Assembly: GCA_002269645.1 (NCBI GenBank)
Contig: NIVC01002293.1
Location: 184,259-248,258, forward strand
Source: Macrostomum lignano
Taxonomy: Eukaryota
DNA: 64,000 nucleotides
Reading direction: 5' to 3'
This document shows, one piece after another, positions 60,801 through 64,000 of this stretch. The position numbers were made by a program, and so were the translations under genes. Position 1 is the first letter of the stretch. Each line of letters starts with the position of its first letter. The notes beneath the pieces are model-generated. The model was not told the DNA's origin. It made no database searches and saw only the letters and a list, made by a program, of their open reading frames with translations.

Positions 60801-63800
60801 TAGGTGTGCCTGAAATCCCAGGAGAAGTGGTTACTGACGTCGATATTGAAGTCGACAAAGTAGTTGTCGAAGTAGATGTTGTGGTTGTAGACGACGGTGG
60901 AGTTGTGGTTGTTGATGTTGGTGTCGTAGTAGTCGTTGCAGATGTTGTGTTTAGTGTCGTATACGGGGTTGTTGTCGACGGCGGTGTCGTGGTCGTTGCC
61001 GTCGAAGTTGGTGTTGTAGTTGTCGTCGACGAAGTAGGTGTTGTAGTTGTCGTCGTCGAAGTTGGTTTTGTAGTTGTTGTCGAACTTGGAGTTGTAGATG
61101 TCGAAGCCGCTGTGGTTGTTGTCGATGTTGGTGTAGTAGTTGTGGTCGACGGCGGCGTTGTTGTAGTCGACGTCGAGGTTGTGGTCGACGTTGTGGGTGT
61201 TGTAGTTGTCGTCGTCGAAGTAGGTGTTGTAGTTGTCGTCGTCGATGTCGATGTCGGTGTTGTAGTTGTTGTTGAAGGCGTTGTGGTTGTTGTCGACGTT
61301 GGTGTAGTGGTTGTGGTCGACGGCGGCGTTGTCGTAGTCGACGTCGAGGTTGTGGTCGTCGAAGTTGGTGTTGTAGTAGTCGTCGTCGAAGTAGGTGTTG
61401 TAGTTGTCGTCGTCGAAGTAGGTGTTGTAGTAGTCGTCGTCGAAGTCGGTGTTGTAGTTGTCGTCGTCGAAGTAGGTGTTTTAGTTGTCGTCGTCGAAGG
61501 AGGTGTTGTAGTTGTCGTCGTCGATGTTGGTGTTGTAGTTGTTGTTAAGGCGTTGTGGTTGTTGTCGACGTTTGGTGTAGTAGTTGTGGTCGACGGCGGC
61601 GTTGTCGTAGTCGACGTCGAGGTTGTGGTTGTTGTCGAAGTCGGCGTTGTAGTTGTCATCGTCGAAGTAGGTGTTGTAGTTGTCGTCGTCGAAGTAGGTG
61701 TTGTAGTTGTCGTCGTCGAAGTCGGTGTTGTAGTTGTCGTCGTCGAAGTCGGTGTTGTAGTTGTCGTCGTCGAAGGAGGTGTTGTAGTTGTCGTCGTCGA
61801 TGTTGTGTTGTAGTTGTTGTTGAAGGCGTTGTGGTTGTTGTCGACGTTGGCGTAGTGGTTGTGGTCGACGGCGGCGTAGTTGTGGTTATGTGGATGTTGT
61901 CGTAGACGTCGACGTCGACGTCGACGTTGATGTTGTGGTCGAAAGTCTTGTGTAACATCCTAGCATGCTTACCTGAACATTGACCGGAAGGTTGTTCGTA
62001 TTGATGAAGTTGAACTTGATTCTGATTCTGTTTGTCTGTAGACCAAGGCCGCCGATTGAGGCACACTCGATAAAGTTATTGCTACACGTGGCCACGTCCT
62101 CAGCACTGTTGGCAGATTTTACTAATGTGAAGGTTGCAGCAACGCCAGACGATTTATACAGCTGGATTGACGTAATCAATCCTGGAGTGCTTGAAATGAT
62201 GCTGAGCTTTCCAATAATCGACTGACTGCCGTCGTCGCCACTGACATTGAAGTCAAAGGAAATGCTTTCATCTTTGCGGTTACTGAAGGTGCGCGGTTGA
62301 CATCAAGACCACTCGTCGACGGACGAAGGAGGTTCAACTCGCTTTGCGCAATGAGTCCAACACCTTGAGTGGAAGCACTCACAGAGATGTCGCTCAACCC
62401 AATTGGACCATTGTTCGCCATGCCGTCTTCCTCAATGCAACGCTGCGGCAAGGAGGTGCTCTTTGCAAGAATGTTCTCTGTAGTCGTGTTGTCGAAGGCG
62501 GCGTAGTAGTCGTCGACGGCGATGTCGTGGTGGTCGACGTCGAGGTTGTCGTCGTTGGTGCTGTGGTCGTTGTTGAGCTTGAGGTTGTCGTTGTTGATGA
62601 TGGTGTCGTAGTTGTTGTAGACGGTGGAGTTGTGGTCGTCGACGTCGAGGTCGTTGTTGTTGTAGGTGTTGTTGTCGTCGATGTAGGCGTTGTAGTTGTC
62701 GACGTTGGCGTAGTCGTAGTCGACGTAGGCGTAGTTGTAGTCGACGTTGGCGTTGTGGTTGTCGATGTTGAGGTCGTAGTTGTAGACGGAGGTGTTGTAG
62801 TTGTCGTCGTCGATGTTGGTGTTGTAGTTGTTGTTGAAGGCGTTGTGGTTGTTGTCGACGTTGGTGTAGTGGTTGTGGTCGACGGCGGCGTTGTCGTAGT
62901 CGACGTCGAGGTTGTGGTCGTCGAAGTTGGTGTTGTAGTAGCTGTCGTCGAAGTTGGTGTTGTAGTTGTTGAAGCCGTTGTGTTGTTGTTGACGACGGAG
63001 TGGTGGTAGTTGTTGAAGGCGTTGTTGTGGTTGTTGACGTTGAGTGGTAGTCGTCGATGTGGGCGTGGTCGTTGTCGCCGGTGAAGTTGTGGAGCCTTGC
63101 TTGAAAACATCCATATATTCCAACTTGGAGGTCGATGCTGTTTTTGTCAGTTACAGATGTGTAGAAACCTCGAATCGAAGCATTTTCGACACAATAGAGA
63201 CTGTACTAAGGCACACCATTAGGTCTGACTTGCAGCTCGTGAGATTGCTGCCAGAGAAATAGTAAGTGTCCCAATTTGGTTGAGAAAGCGTCGGCTTGTT
63301 GTACACTCGAACGGCTGTTACTTCGGGGGCTGTAAACCTCAGCTCAATTCGTCCAATCTCTAACTCCGCTGGTCGATTCAGCTGCAGGGTTCACTTCAAT
63401 TAGAATGTTCTCATTTGGATTACTAAAATGTGGCCGTTGGCCGTTCAAATTAAATGGGACTGGTGATGACAGGCGCAACTTTTCTAAATCAGAAGCCGTG
63501 TATCCAGACTGTGTTCCACCGATTACTTGAATATTCGATGGTGAATGATGAATGGGTTCGAAAGTCCATCAATTTCAATACAAACACGCGGCACTGTAGT
63601 AGTGGAAGGCGTTGTAGTACTAGTCGACGTCGACGTTGTCGTGGTTGTTGGTGTAGTGGTCGTAGTTGATGGTGTCGTAGTTGTCGTCGACGGCGGTGTC
63701 GTGTCGTAGAAGGCGTTGTGGTTGTTGTCGACGTTGGTGTAGTAGTTGTGGTCGACGGCGGCGTTGTCGTAGTCGACGTCGAAGTTGGTGTTGTAGTAGT

Positions 63801-64000
63801 CGTCGTCGAAGTCGGTGTTGTAGTTGTCGTCGTCGAAGGAGGTGTTGTAGTTGTTGTCGTCGAAGTAGGTGTTGTAGTTGTCGTCGTCGATGTCGATGTC
63901 GGTGTTGTAGTTGTTGTTGAAGGCGTTGTGGTTGTTGTCGACGTTGGTGTAGTAGTTGTGGTCGACGGCGGCGTTGTCGTAGTCGACGTCGAGGTTGTGG
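56393..64000 (-). CDS. 3' part of a giant secreted SCO-spondin/hemolectin/gel-forming-mucin-like protein (PTS, F5/8C-like, TSP1, TIL, vWC-like, C-terminal cystine knot); 5' end outside the window
   Basis: Exons: >64000-60780 (Thr-rich TTTTPTS tracts with two globular inserts ending in MLGCY / IYGCF), 60697-60303, 59980-58288, 58133-57863, 57428-57075, 56590-56393. All junctions are GT-AG and in phase. TSP1 motifs (WSQWSAWSDCSQTCNGGVKTRTR, WGPWSDWEPCS), TIL motifs (CPYTC...CSTGCFCEQGFVFD), and CTCK end CSCCNPTG...CTDG...CKC. A frameshift lies near 59530 and several more in 61600-63600. Confidence 0.88.
57432..57835. repeat. (TTAG)n microsatellite filling a mucin-gene intron
   Basis: Same motif as 14203-14722 on the opposite strand. 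Confidence 0.95.

Overview
This is eukaryotic (animal) genomic DNA: GC-rich exons, GT-AG introns, and introns filled with minisatellites. The style resembles the flatworm Macrostomum, but that is inference only. Genes reconstructed by hand: a 2-exon SLC7/CAT amino-acid transporter (-); two identical tRNA-Phe(GAA) genes; an intronless 227-aa membrane protein of unknown family (-); a class-A GPCR with one frameshift (-); a complete 12-exon dynamin (-, 843 aa); head-to-head with it, a complete 5-exon cytoplasmic dynein intermediate chain (+, 617 aa); and the 3' part of a giant secreted SCO-spondin/mucin-like gene (-; Thr-rich PTS, F5/8C-like, TSP1, TIL, vWC-like and CTCK domains). The main mobile DNA is a 3.8-kb non-autonomous element with 403-bp TIRs and an 8-bp TSD. 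It carries a spliced PHD-finger mini-gene and a nested relative. Other mobile DNA: a 29-bp perfect palindrome with its own 8-bp TSD, a defective full-length mariner, a hAT-type element containing mariner pieces, a hAT transposase fossil, and tRNA-derived SINEs. A 7.2-kb tandem duplication (42662-49866 / 49867-57121) copies the last exons of two convergent genes. No CRISPR or prokaryotic systems were found. All coordinates were counted by eye and may be off by a few bases for repeats.
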